From contig CAXRIX010000066.1 of the NCBI GenBank assembly GCA_964230555.1, positions 903-64,902 of the forward strand: a stretch of DNA of 64,000 bases, read 5' to 3'. Under the pieces are notes generated by a model. The model had not been told where the DNA came from and did no database searches. It saw only the letters and a list, made by a program, of their open reading frames with translations. Made by a program: the position numbers and the translations under genes. Below, in pieces: positions 45,872 through 54,202 of this stretch. Numbering within the stretch: the first letter of the stretch is position 1; each line of letters begins with the position of its first letter. Source of the DNA: Bdellovibrionales bacterium. Lineage in GTDB: Bacteria > Bdellovibrionota > Bdellovibrionia > Bdellovibrionales > JAGQZY01.

Positions 45872-46809
45872 TGATAGCCCCCTGCCTTTAATAAATTGCA
45901 CTCATCAAATTGCGCCTTTGCTAACTTATATTTCTTTGAATTCACATTGTTGATTAGAACCAAAGCTTTTTGAAATTCGGCTGCACAGCGGTTGTACATT
46001 AACTTGGCCTTATATTTTTGCCCATCTCGCAGATGGGTGTCGATCAAGTCGGCTCGCTTTTTTCGTGCCGTTTTCGAGTAAAGTTGGGCTCGGGTATGAT
46101 CAGGTTCAGTGGCGATGGTTGTGCCGAAAGAGTCCAGGGCCCGGCCGTACCGACCATTTTGAAAGTCTCTGAATCCCGAGATAAAATGGCGTTCAACACT
46201 GTAAATGTATTTATCGTCTTTGGCGAGAATGCTCGGTTGGTTCTCAGCTTTCTCTTTGATTAAGGCCATTCGCTCTTTCGACTCTTCAATTTGTTTTTGT
46301 AAGTCGGCGTTGGTCGCCAACTTCTCTTCGGGGAGTTCCTCTGGCGGATCTTCCAAAAGAAACAGGCCACCGGCTAGCACCAAAATTGCAATCATAAACA
46401 TGCGAAATCGCTTTTGACCTTGCTTTTTTTCTAGTTCTTCGTCAGTTGCCGGTTTCGCACTAGCCAGCTGTGGCTGTGCTTTTTCATTGGCTTTGGTTTC
46501 AAATATCATGGTTGTTTGACCAAAGCTGATTTTGTCGCCGGGACGCAAGATCGTTTTTCCGCAAGGCTTGCCATTGATCAAGGTGGTTTTACGTGAACTA
46601 ATATCCTCACACATCACATTGTTATTAAAAGTGATAACAAGCTGTTTGCGACTGGTTTTTGGGTCACTTAAAGAGATCTGACAACGAGGATCACGACCAA
46701 CGACAATCTTTGGTGGTTGTAAACGGTAAGCCTTACCAGCATCAGGGCCGCTTTGGACCTTGATTAGGAAATCGATGGCTTTGAAAATATTCCGTTTAGC
46801 TGCTGTCAC
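45868..46809 (-). CDS. FHA-domain membrane protein with TPR-like C-terminal region
   Basis: IVVGRDPRCQISLSDPKTSRKQLVI..TTLINGKP..GDKISFGQTTMIFE. TM FRMFMIAILVLAGGLFLL. The GTG start overlaps the upstream stop (GTGA). Confidence 0.8.
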   Translation of the reverse strand: MTAAKRNIFKAIDFLIKVQSGPDAGKAYRLQPPKIVVGRDPRCQISLSDPKTSRKQLVITFNNNVMCEDISSRKTTLINGKPCGKTILRPGDKISFGQTTMIFETKANEKAQPQLASAKPATDEELEKKQGQKRFRMFMIAILVLAGGLFLLEDPPEELPEEKLATNADLQKQIEESKERMALIKEKAENQPSILAKDDKYIYSVERHFISGFRDFQNGRYGRALDSFGTTIATEPDHTRAQLYSKTARKKRADLIDTHLRDGQKYKAKLMYNRCAAEFQKALVLINNVNSKKYKLAKAQFDECNLLKAGGYQ

Positions 46810-48440
46810 TCTTCGTAATTCTCCTCGTCATCGTAAACTTCTGAAAAACAGACCACATAGTAGCTAATATTGCCCATTTCTTGGATCGACTTAATAGAAA
46901 CCTCAAAATTTAAACCCGATGCTGAGGGCAGGGGGTTGGTGTGTTTTTGGTTGGGATTATCGACAGCTTTTTGCAGCAAATCCTTAAGGTTCTCGACCAG
47001 TGAGGAATCTGTTAAGTCGTCGAGGTACTTGTCTCGAATTTCATCATCATCAAAAAGTGGGTGCCCGTTGATGTAATCGTTATGCGCGATAATCATCTCG
47101 TTTTCAGGAGAAATGGCGAGCGAAGCGACTGGGAACATTTCAACCAGTTCTGAAGCCTCCATCGTTTTATCACCAATGCCAACGGACATCTGGTTGTCAT
47201 CCTCTTGCGACATTCGAGACAGTGCACTGTTGATGTTTGAGACCAATTTTTTAAATATTGGCGTCGGCGTTTTAACTTCGATATTGTTGGTACCATCTTT
47301 CAAGGCATTATTAATCTCTTCGTTAAGATCATAAAGTGGCTTAGTGATCACTTTATAGAGAAAGAAGTAAAGTACCGCACCTGCGAGCATGGTAATGAGA
47401 AGAATCTGAATCATGAGGCTTAATGTTCTGGGCACGTCCAATGCCACACGATCTAAATTGTATAAGACGACAGCATAAGCCGCCGGCGAAGGTTCACCAG
47501 TGAGCGGGTTAGTATAAAGGATCGGACGACTAACGCCAATTCTGTTATCGAGAACCTCGGAGTAGCTATTGGGCTTTTTGCGAGCTCGTTGAACAAACGG
47601 AATCGTTGAATACTTGCCACGCTGCTTGACTGGTGCAATGATATGTCCATCCAAAGCATCGACAATAAAAGCTTGATCAACACCCGCTTCGTTACGCACT
47701 GAGCGCACATTAATGCTGATTTCATTTTTACTGATTACAAAATCTCGGTTTTCCTGGACTAAGATTTTTGCTAAAGAGTCGGCCCGGCGAGTACTTTCGT
47801 CAATGACAAAGTCTCGCGAGACTTTAATGACGGGGATAACCGATAGAGCCGTTACCAGAAGCACAAAGAAAATAACAAAGGACATGACCACATACTTGAG
47901 GTCGAATTTATAGGAATACTCATAAACGCCTGGTAGTGCTACTTCTTCAACATAGTACTCAAATTTTTCCTGAATCGATAATTCGGGTTTCTGTTCTTGC
48001 TCGTTGTCTGTCTTAATATTGGAGGCTAACACCTGGACATCGTTGGATTGTGGTTCAATCATTCCGAATTCTTGGGCGACCAGAGCGTTGTTGCCTGAGG
48101 TCTGAGTTGTTGGCCTAGGTGTGTCCATGTCGGGCAAAATCGAGACGTAGTCTGGTAATTGAATAACATCAAAAATAACTTCTCCGAGAGCGAACTTATC
48201 GCCGGCGCGAAGAGCTTTGTTTTGAACTTTCACTCCATTGACCACAATCCCGTTGCTTGAGCGATTGTCGGAGAGGATAATTTTATCTTCGGTGACCATC
48301 ACCTTAGCGTGCAGCTTAGAGATTGAGGCACTCTTGATCTGTAAGGTCGATTGTGGGGAGCGTCCCAAACTGTGGCTACCTTCTTTAAGTTGAAATATTT
48401 TACCCGCTTGGGGGCCATTTAAAACCTTAATCGCCCACAT
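46806..48440 (-). CDS. FHA-domain sensor-like membrane protein (FHA, TM, periplasmic Cache/PDC-like, TM, HAMP-like, PAS-like)
   Basis: FHA: HSLGRSPQSTLQIKSASISKLHAKV..SSNGIVVNGVKV. Two TM helices flank a ~150 aa loop (AFIVDALDGHIIAP). HAMP-like ITKPLYDLNEEINNALKDG..LVSNINSALSRM. Confidence 0.8.
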   Translation of the reverse strand: MWAIKVLNGPQAGKIFQLKEGSHSLGRSPQSTLQIKSASISKLHAKVMVTEDKIILSDNRSSNGIVVNGVKVQNKALRAGDKFALGEVIFDVIQLPDYVSILPDMDTPRPTTQTSGNNALVAQEFGMIEPQSNDVQVLASNIKTDNEQEQKPELSIQEKFEYYVEEVALPGVYEYSYKFDLKYVVMSFVIFFVLLVTALSVIPVIKVSRDFVIDESTRRADSLAKILVQENRDFVISKNEISINVRSVRNEAGVDQAFIVDALDGHIIAPVKQRGKYSTIPFVQRARKKPNSYSEVLDNRIGVSRPILYTNPLTGEPSPAAYAVVLYNLDRVALDVPRTLSLMIQILLITMLAGAVLYFFLYKVITKPLYDLNEEINNALKDGTNNIEVKTPTPIFKKLVSNINSALSRMSQEDDNQMSVGIGDKTMEASELVEMFPVASLAISPENEMIIAHNDYINGHPLFDDDEIRDKYLDDLTDSSLVENLKDLLQKAVDNPNQKHTNPLPSASGLNFEVSIKSIQEMGNISYYVVCFSEVYDDEENYEE

Positions 48441-48774
48441 AGAGTGTATCTCCTAGCTGAATATCATTTCGACTGATGAAACCTTCTGTGACTTCAAGGA
48501 CTGATCTTGCCGTAAGGACTGGGGCTGGCATTCGCCAAGGCCTAAGATGCGGTTGAAGTTTCTTAACTTTCATCTCTTTGTCGAGATAAATGACGTCGAT
48601 TGGAATCGACATAAAGCAAGTGTGTATCCAATTGCTTTTCGGGAACCAAATGCCCTCATCTTCGGGAAGAGTCTTTCTTCCTATTAAGCCCTGAGCTCGT
48701 AAACGAAAGCTATCGGCGATCGTTAACTTTGGCACTAGAGTTGTATTTTTTGTTCGGTTCAACATGGCCTTCAT
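48427..48774 (-). CDS. DUF192-domain protein
   Basis: RLRAQGLIGRKTLPEDEGIWF..SIPIDVIYLDKEMKV..SVLEVTEGF fits the DUF192 pattern. No signal peptide. Starts immediately after the TadC-like stop. Confidence 0.7.
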   Translation of the reverse strand: MKAMLNRTKNTTLVPKLTIADSFRLRAQGLIGRKTLPEDEGIWFPKSNWIHTCFMSIPIDVIYLDKEMKVKKLQPHLRPWRMPAPVLTARSVLEVTEGFISRNDIQLGDTLYVGD

Positions 48775-49674
48775 TTACTGGCCTCCATAAACAAATTGCA
48801 ATCCAACCGGGGCAAAGACCATTATAAAAACGGCGGGAATAATAAAAATCATCATTGGTATTAGAATGGCTTGTGAAGCGCGGGCACCGGCTTTCTCGGC
48901 ACGCACAAAGCGCTCCAGTCGCATTTGTTCGGATTGTTCTTTTAAAACATCACCAATACTAGCACCAGTGGCGTCGGCGTCGGTGAGAACGTTCACAAAG
49001 CTAGTGACCTCGGCGATATCCAAGCGTCGCGACATCGACTTAAGCGCCTGTTCACGTGTGCTTCCAAGACGTGTATCACGCAAAACTTTATCAAATTCCT
49101 TGGCCAGTAAACTGTCTTCAGCGGCATCCGAAATTTTCTGGATGGCTCCCATAAAATCGGCACCGGCCTGAGTTGATAATGCCAGCAAATCAACAAAGAA
49201 TGGCAAGTCGACAATAATAGCTTGGTAGCGCACCTGCCTTTGTTTGTTGGCGTGAAAGTCAGGAATCATCCAGCCAATCGGAACGGCAGCGACAATAACA
49301 ATCCAAGGGTATCCCAGTTGGAGTGAAAGGTTTAAGATCGCGACAAAGGCGGGAAAGAAAAGCCCCCAAAGCATTTTAAGGCCAATGAACTCATCAACAT
49401 TGAGCTCATTTTCAAGGCCTCCTGTCATAATTTTGTATTCAATATTTTTGCGAAAATTTTTATTCTGTATACGTTTGGCATATTTGATGGTCAGTTGGTG
49501 CACCAGCGGTCGAGACATGTTGATAATCGGTGACTCGGACTTATCAGGTTGGTCGCCTGTCGCCCAAGACAAAGCTTTGTTGTCTTCATTGACTGAAAAA
49601 ATTGTGTAGACTGTCCACAGAACTGAAAAGCCAGCCAACAAGATTCCCAAATAAAGCAATAAATCACTTCCCAT
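48775..49674 (-). CDS. Type II secretion system F-domain protein (TadB/TadC-like pilus/secretion platform)
   Basis: N-terminal TM, central TMs, T2SS-F core VDLPFFVDLLALSTQAGADFMGAIQ..GSTREQALKSMSRRL..ATGASIGDVL, and a C-terminal TM. Confidence 0.8.
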   Translation of the reverse strand: MGSDLLLYLGILLAGFSVLWTVYTIFSVNEDNKALSWATGDQPDKSESPIINMSRPLVHQLTIKYAKRIQNKNFRKNIEYKIMTGGLENELNVDEFIGLKMLWGLFFPAFVAILNLSLQLGYPWIVIVAAVPIGWMIPDFHANKQRQVRYQAIIVDLPFFVDLLALSTQAGADFMGAIQKISDAAEDSLLAKEFDKVLRDTRLGSTREQALKSMSRRLDIAEVTSFVNVLTDADATGASIGDVLKEQSEQMRLERFVRAEKAGARASQAILIPMMIFIIPAVFIMVFAPVGLQFVYGGQ

Positions 49675-49702
49675 TTTTCAACCTTTTCTTTAAAAAGTCC
49701 CC

Positions 49703-50302
49703 ATGCGAGAACTCATACTCACTTCAACATCACCCCGCAGACGAATGATCCTTGAGGAAGAAGGTTTTGAGTTCCACACTTTCCCAATAGAAGTATCGGA
49801 AATTCTTAATAAAAACCTGAATTTAACGGAGCAAATTTCGGATTGCGCTCGGCAAAAGGTCGAGGTCGCCAAAAATAGCCCTAAGTTACCGAAATCAAAT
49901 AACATTTTATTGCTTGGTGCAGACACAGTGGTGGTTTTTAATGGCCAAATTCTCGGTAAACCAAAAAACGAACAACACTCTATTGATATTTTAAACCAGC
50001 TCTCCGGCCAGGTCCATCAGGTGATTACAGGCTTTTGTCTGTTCGATCTCAGAACAAAACGTCTCATTTTAGGGCACGAATTGACCACTGTTGAGTTTGT
50101 GAATTTACGCCAACAGGATATTTTGGATTATGTGCGATCCGGAGATCCTCGAGACAAGGCCGGATCTTATGGCATTCAAGGCGAGGCAAAAAAGTTCGTT
50201 AAAGAATATCGAGGTTCACTTAATAATGTTATAGGTCTTCCTATTGAAAAAATAAAAAAGGTCATGCAGGAAAATGCTTGGGACATTAAAAGAAAATCTT
50301 AA
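49703..50302 (+). CDS. maf: Maf-family nucleoside triphosphate pyrophosphatase
   Basis: LILTSTSPRRRMIL, GADTVVVFNGQILGKP, KAGSYGIQG. Confidence 0.9.
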   Translation: MRELILTSTSPRRRMILEEEGFEFHTFPIEVSEILNKNLNLTEQISDCARQKVEVAKNSPKLPKSNNILLLGADTVVVFNGQILGKPKNEQHSIDILNQLSGQVHQVITGFCLFDLRTKRLILGHELTTVEFVNLRQQDILDYVRSGDPRDKAGSYGIQGEAKKFVKEYRGSLNNVIGLPIEKIKKVMQENAWDIKRKS

Positions 50303-50960
50303 TACTATTCAAAAGCGAATCGCTTCCGAATTGAAATTGCAAGACAGCTTGCAAAAGCCGACGATTCTAGCGGTTTCCAAGCGACAGTCGGTCGAGAAAA
50401 TCAAAGCCCTTGCCGACATGGGGATAGAAGATTTCGGCGAAAACTATTTGCAAGAAGCTTTGGATAAAAAGCAAGAGCTAAAAGACTTGCCTATACGCTG
50501 GCATTTTATCGGGCAGCTCCAGCGAAAAAAAATAAAAGACATCGTCGGTGAATTTTACCTTATTCAGACTGTTGCGCGTAAAGTAGAGTTAGAAAAAATT
50601 GCGCAAGTGGCGGCCGAGAAAGCCTGCACCCAGAACGTTTTAATCCAGGTGAATATTGCCAGTGAAGACAGCAAGCAGGGAGTGCTCACTTCTGATTTGG
50701 CGGAACTGGTAGAAGCGGCGATCAAAACACCGCGGGTCAACTTGCAAGGCTTGATGTTTTTTCCGCCTCTTACCGATAATGAGTCTGAAGCTTTAGTGTG
50801 GTTCGAAAAGTGCGCACAGGTTTTTAAAAACTGTCAGAAGCACAACCCAGAAAATTTTCAGACTCTTTCCATGGGAACCAGTCAGGATTTCCCACTGGCT
50901 CTTCGCAAAGGCGCTACACTCTTGCGTTTGGGAGAAGTCTTACTCGGTCCGCGTGACTAA
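50274..50960 (+). CDS. yggS: YggS-family PLP-binding (PLP homeostasis) protein
   Basis: ILAVSKRQS (PLP lysine), FGENYLQE, WHFIGQLQRKK, SMGTSQDF. Confidence 0.9.
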   Translation: MLGTLKENLNTIQKRIASELKLQDSLQKPTILAVSKRQSVEKIKALADMGIEDFGENYLQEALDKKQELKDLPIRWHFIGQLQRKKIKDIVGEFYLIQTVARKVELEKIAQVAAEKACTQNVLIQVNIASEDSKQGVLTSDLAELVEAAIKTPRVNLQGLMFFPPLTDNESEALVWFEKCAQVFKNCQKHNPENFQTLSMGTSQDFPLALRKGATLLRLGEVLLGPRD

Positions 50961-51095
50961 TTTCGAGTTATTTATTGCTATTTCCGTGAGTTCATACCAC
51001 TATAGTGGAGTCTGTAGGGGCAGGTATGGAGTCGTTAGTCATTCGACTGGGGAATAAGCTTCATAATCTCTTCAATAAAACCTGAGGGGTGGTCG

Positions 51096-51926
51096 ATGAA
51101 CTTTTCGTTGCAAGATAAAAAAGTCGGTTTCATTGGACTGGGAAATATGGGGCAAGCCATACTGACAGCGCTGATAACAAGTAAAACACTTAAGCCTGAG
51201 CAAGTTTTTGTTAACAATCGCACGCCGGGTAAAGTTCAAAAAATGGTCAGTCGGTTTCAGGTGAATCCTGTCGAGACGACCGAAGAATTGGTTGAAAAAT
51301 CAGACATTATTATTTTGGCGACTAAGCCCCAGGACTTACTGGATCTTCTGGAGCCTTTACGCAAAACCTTCACCACAGACAAGGTGGTCATTAGTTTAGC
51401 AGCTGGAATCCAAATCCCAACTCTTCGCAAATACATTCAAGAGGCCGAACTGGTCCGCGTGATGCCTAACACGCCCATTTTTATTTGCCGGGCCGTGGTT
51501 TCGTTTTGCTTGGAAAAACCGAATCTTGTCATCGAAAATTTGGTTAAAAATCTGTTTTCTCCTCTTGGGTATGTGGTGATGACTGAAGAGGGTGAAGCTT
51601 TTTCGGCGCTGATGGTTGCATCGGCCAGTGGCACTGGTTTTTTATTGGAGATGATGAAATATTGGCAGGATTGGATAGAAGAAAACGGCATCGAGCCAGA
51701 AGTTGCTAGAAAAGTTGTCATAGAGACTTTTTTAGGCACAGCAAAGCTGGCTGCGGAAAGTCCGGATGTCAGTTTTGACCAGCAAACAGTGAGGGTTGCG
51801 TCAAAAAAAGGGGTCACAGCAGCAGGATTAGCATCAATGCGTGAGCTTGAACTTGAAGGAATCCTAAGAATGAGTTTTAATAAAGCCCTGATGCGGGACC
51901 ACGAACTCGCTAAGGAAAATTCATAG
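51096..51926 (+). CDS. proC: Pyrroline-5-carboxylate reductase
   Basis: VGFIGLGNMGQAI, ILATKPQD, VRVMPNTP, SKKGVTAAGL. Confidence 0.9.
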   Translation: MNFSLQDKKVGFIGLGNMGQAILTALITSKTLKPEQVFVNNRTPGKVQKMVSRFQVNPVETTEELVEKSDIIILATKPQDLLDLLEPLRKTFTTDKVVISLAAGIQIPTLRKYIQEAELVRVMPNTPIFICRAVVSFCLEKPNLVIENLVKNLFSPLGYVVMTEEGEAFSALMVASASGTGFLLEMMKYWQDWIEENGIEPEVARKVVIETFLGTAKLAAESPDVSFDQQTVRVASKKGVTAAGLASMRELELEGILRMSFNKALMRDHELAKENS

Positions 51927-51952
51927 CGAAAATAATGACCAGGGAGGGAATT

Positions 51953-52468
51953 ATGAGAATCGCACCCATCGATATTGCCAATAAAACCTTTGGGCGCAAG
52001 ATATACGGTCTTGATACTGAAGAGGTCCACGACTTCCTTCGTGACGTTGCCGATGAATTTGAAACCCTGACTCGCCAACATGAACAGCTTGTAGAAAAAC
52101 AAAAAACTTTAGAGACTTCGGTAAAAGATCATCAAGAGCGCGAAGAAACTTTAAAGCAGACTTTGCAAGCCGCTTCTCAGATGTCAGAGAGAATGAAGGC
52201 TGAGGCACAACGCGAGGCCGACTTGATCATCCGTGAGGCTAGGCAGCGCTCCGATATAATTATTAAAGAGGCTCGTGAGTCTTTGCGAAATATGTATCAG
52301 GACGTCAACGATCTTAAAAAATCTAGAATGCAGTTTGAAGCCGGTCTTAAATCTTTAGTGAAGGCACACTTGGCGATGATTGATCAAGGCCATGCAGTCG
52401 TCCCTGACCCAGAAATCGGTGAGCCTGACCTTGAAATTCCGATGCCGGAAAAACCTGCAGAGATCTGA
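51953..52468 (+). CDS. divIVA: DivIVA-domain protein
   Basis: MRIAPIDIANKTFGRKIYGLDTEEVHDFLRDVADEF is the canonical DivIVA N-terminus, followed by coiled coil. AGGGAGGGA RBS precedes ATG 51953. Confidence 0.85.
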   Translation: MRIAPIDIANKTFGRKIYGLDTEEVHDFLRDVADEFETLTRQHEQLVEKQKTLETSVKDHQEREETLKQTLQAASQMSERMKAEAQREADLIIREARQRSDIIIKEARESLRNMYQDVNDLKKSRMQFEAGLKSLVKAHLAMIDQGHAVVPDPEIGEPDLEIPMPEKPAEI

Positions 52469-52495
52469 TCCTATTCCAGTATTCCTTGTCCAGAT

Positions 52496-52514
52496 GCTCC
52501 CAAATCTCGGGAGC
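52496..52514 (+). terminator. Weak candidate terminator hairpin after divIVA
   Basis: GCTCCC-aaatctc-GGGAGC followed by TCTTGCT. Short stem and poor U-tract. Confidence 0.3.
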
Positions 52515-52552
52515 TCTTGCTAAATCCTTAGACTGAAGGCAGAGTCATTTCC

Positions 52553-53770
52553 ATGGATGCCAAGCAGAAAAGAGCTTTGAAGCTCATCTTTTTCACCGTT
52601 TTTCTAGATCTCGTTGGGTTTGGGATCATCTTACCCTTGATCCCTTATCTGGCTCGACAGTTTTCAGCCACTCCGTTGGAAATCGGATTGCTGATGGCGG
52701 TTTATTCATTCATGCAGTTTTTGTTCTCACCGATGTGGGGACGATTGAGTGATAGGTTTGGTCGACGTCCGATTATTCTGATCAGTCTTTTTGGGGCTGT
52801 TTTTGCCTACACCTTTTTTGCATTTGCGGAACATCTAATTTATCTCTTTATAGCACGCGCATTGGCCGGCTTTTTTGCTGCTAACATATCAGCCGCTCAA
52901 GCCTACATTGCTGATGTCACACCTCGTGATCAGAGGTCGATTGGAATGGGACTGATCGGTGCCGCGTTTGGTCTGGGATTTATTATGGGACCAGCCATAG
53001 CAGGTTTGACTGGCCCCATCGGCGAGGCCTTGGGCAGTGAGCCTCCTTTTGGAATCCAGTTTTCCGCCTTGGTGGCTGGTGGGCTCAATTTAATAAATCT
53101 CGTTCTTGCTTATTTCATGTTGCCGGAAACTCTCACTCAACCCAAGAAATCTTCAAGTCGGGTGGGGCGTTGGGAGTCCATGACCTTTATTTTTAAACAA
53201 CCTCTTTTGCGATCGTTGTTCATGATCTTTTTTCTTATGAGTTTGGCCATGGCTTTGATGGAGGTGATGGTTTTTCCGTTCGTGCAAGATCGGTTTGGGT
53301 GGGACTATAAAGTCGCCTCGATCAGCTTTGCTTATGTCGGTGTCATTATGGTGCTGACGCAAGGGTATTTCATTCGCAAATGGATTCCTAAATTTGGAGA
53401 AAAGAGAGTCCTTTCCTTTGGCTTGGTGGCCATGGCTTTGTCATTTATCGGGATTGGTCTCAGTTACTCGATTCTGGTGCTGGCTTTTGTGATGACCCTG
53501 TTGGCCATCGGTAACGGCTGCATGCGCCCGCCCATAGTTGGCTTGGCCTCGATCATCACCGATGATGAAGAGCAGGGCTATGTCTTGGGAGTGATGAACT
53601 CCATGGGGGCGATTGGGCGAATTGTCGGTCCTGTGCTTGGGGGATGGTTGTACCAGGAGTTTTCTCAAGGAGCGCCTTTCTTCACATCCGGTGGAATGGC
53701 GGTCTTTGGAATCTTGCTATTTATGTTGATTGTCTCTCGATTACCAAATCCACAGAAGCAGGTGGCTTAG
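52553..53770 (+). CDS. MFS transporter (DHA1 / Tet-like family)
   Basis: 12-TM pattern. MFS motif A GRLSDRFGRRPII. 405 aa. Confidence 0.85.
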   Translation: MDAKQKRALKLIFFTVFLDLVGFGIILPLIPYLARQFSATPLEIGLLMAVYSFMQFLFSPMWGRLSDRFGRRPIILISLFGAVFAYTFFAFAEHLIYLFIARALAGFFAANISAAQAYIADVTPRDQRSIGMGLIGAAFGLGFIMGPAIAGLTGPIGEALGSEPPFGIQFSALVAGGLNLINLVLAYFMLPETLTQPKKSSSRVGRWESMTFIFKQPLLRSLFMIFFLMSLAMALMEVMVFPFVQDRFGWDYKVASISFAYVGVIMVLTQGYFIRKWIPKFGEKRVLSFGLVAMALSFIGIGLSYSILVLAFVMTLLAIGNGCMRPPIVGLASIITDDEEQGYVLGVMNSMGAIGRIVGPVLGGWLYQEFSQGAPFFTSGGMAVFGILLFMLIVSRLPNPQKQVA

Positions 53771-54123
53771 TCGTTGATTTCATAAAAACGCCAAGAGACA
53801 TCCGATATCGGCCCGTTTTCTCCCATGGCAGAATAAGACTTCCATTCGGCTTTGAGTCTGGCCCCTTTTTTGATCAGAGTTTTGCCTTGGCTGACCTTGG
53901 CAAGGGGGATACGGCCTCGATTGATTTTTCCCTGACAAGCCAAAGTCTTTTTTTCAGCGTTGAAGCCGGGTGACACAATGGTTTCGACCACGTCGACTCG
54001 GAGTTGTTTCTGACCGACAGCTAAAACCTTGATTTTATACTCGCAAATTTCAAAGCTTGAGGCCTTGGCGGTGGGGCTCCAAATGACTAAAATTAACAAT
54101 AAAATCGAGAAAACAACCTTCAT
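53767..54123 (-). CDS. Small exported protein of unknown function
   Basis: Signal peptide MKVVFSILLLILVIWSPTAKA. Start uncertain (GTG 54150 or ATG 54123). Its 3' end overlaps the MFS gene stop by 4 nt. Confidence 0.5.
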   Translation of the reverse strand: MKVVFSILLLILVIWSPTAKASSFEICEYKIKVLAVGQKQLRVDVVETIVSPGFNAEKKTLACQGKINRGRIPLAKVSQGKTLIKKGARLKAEWKSYSAMGENGPISDVSWRFYEIND

Positions 54124-54202
54124 TTGGTTAGTATAACCTAAAATTCTCACATATGCATTGTGAGGGCTTGGGCTCCCCCCTAATTTATGCTAAATAATCG
54201 GG

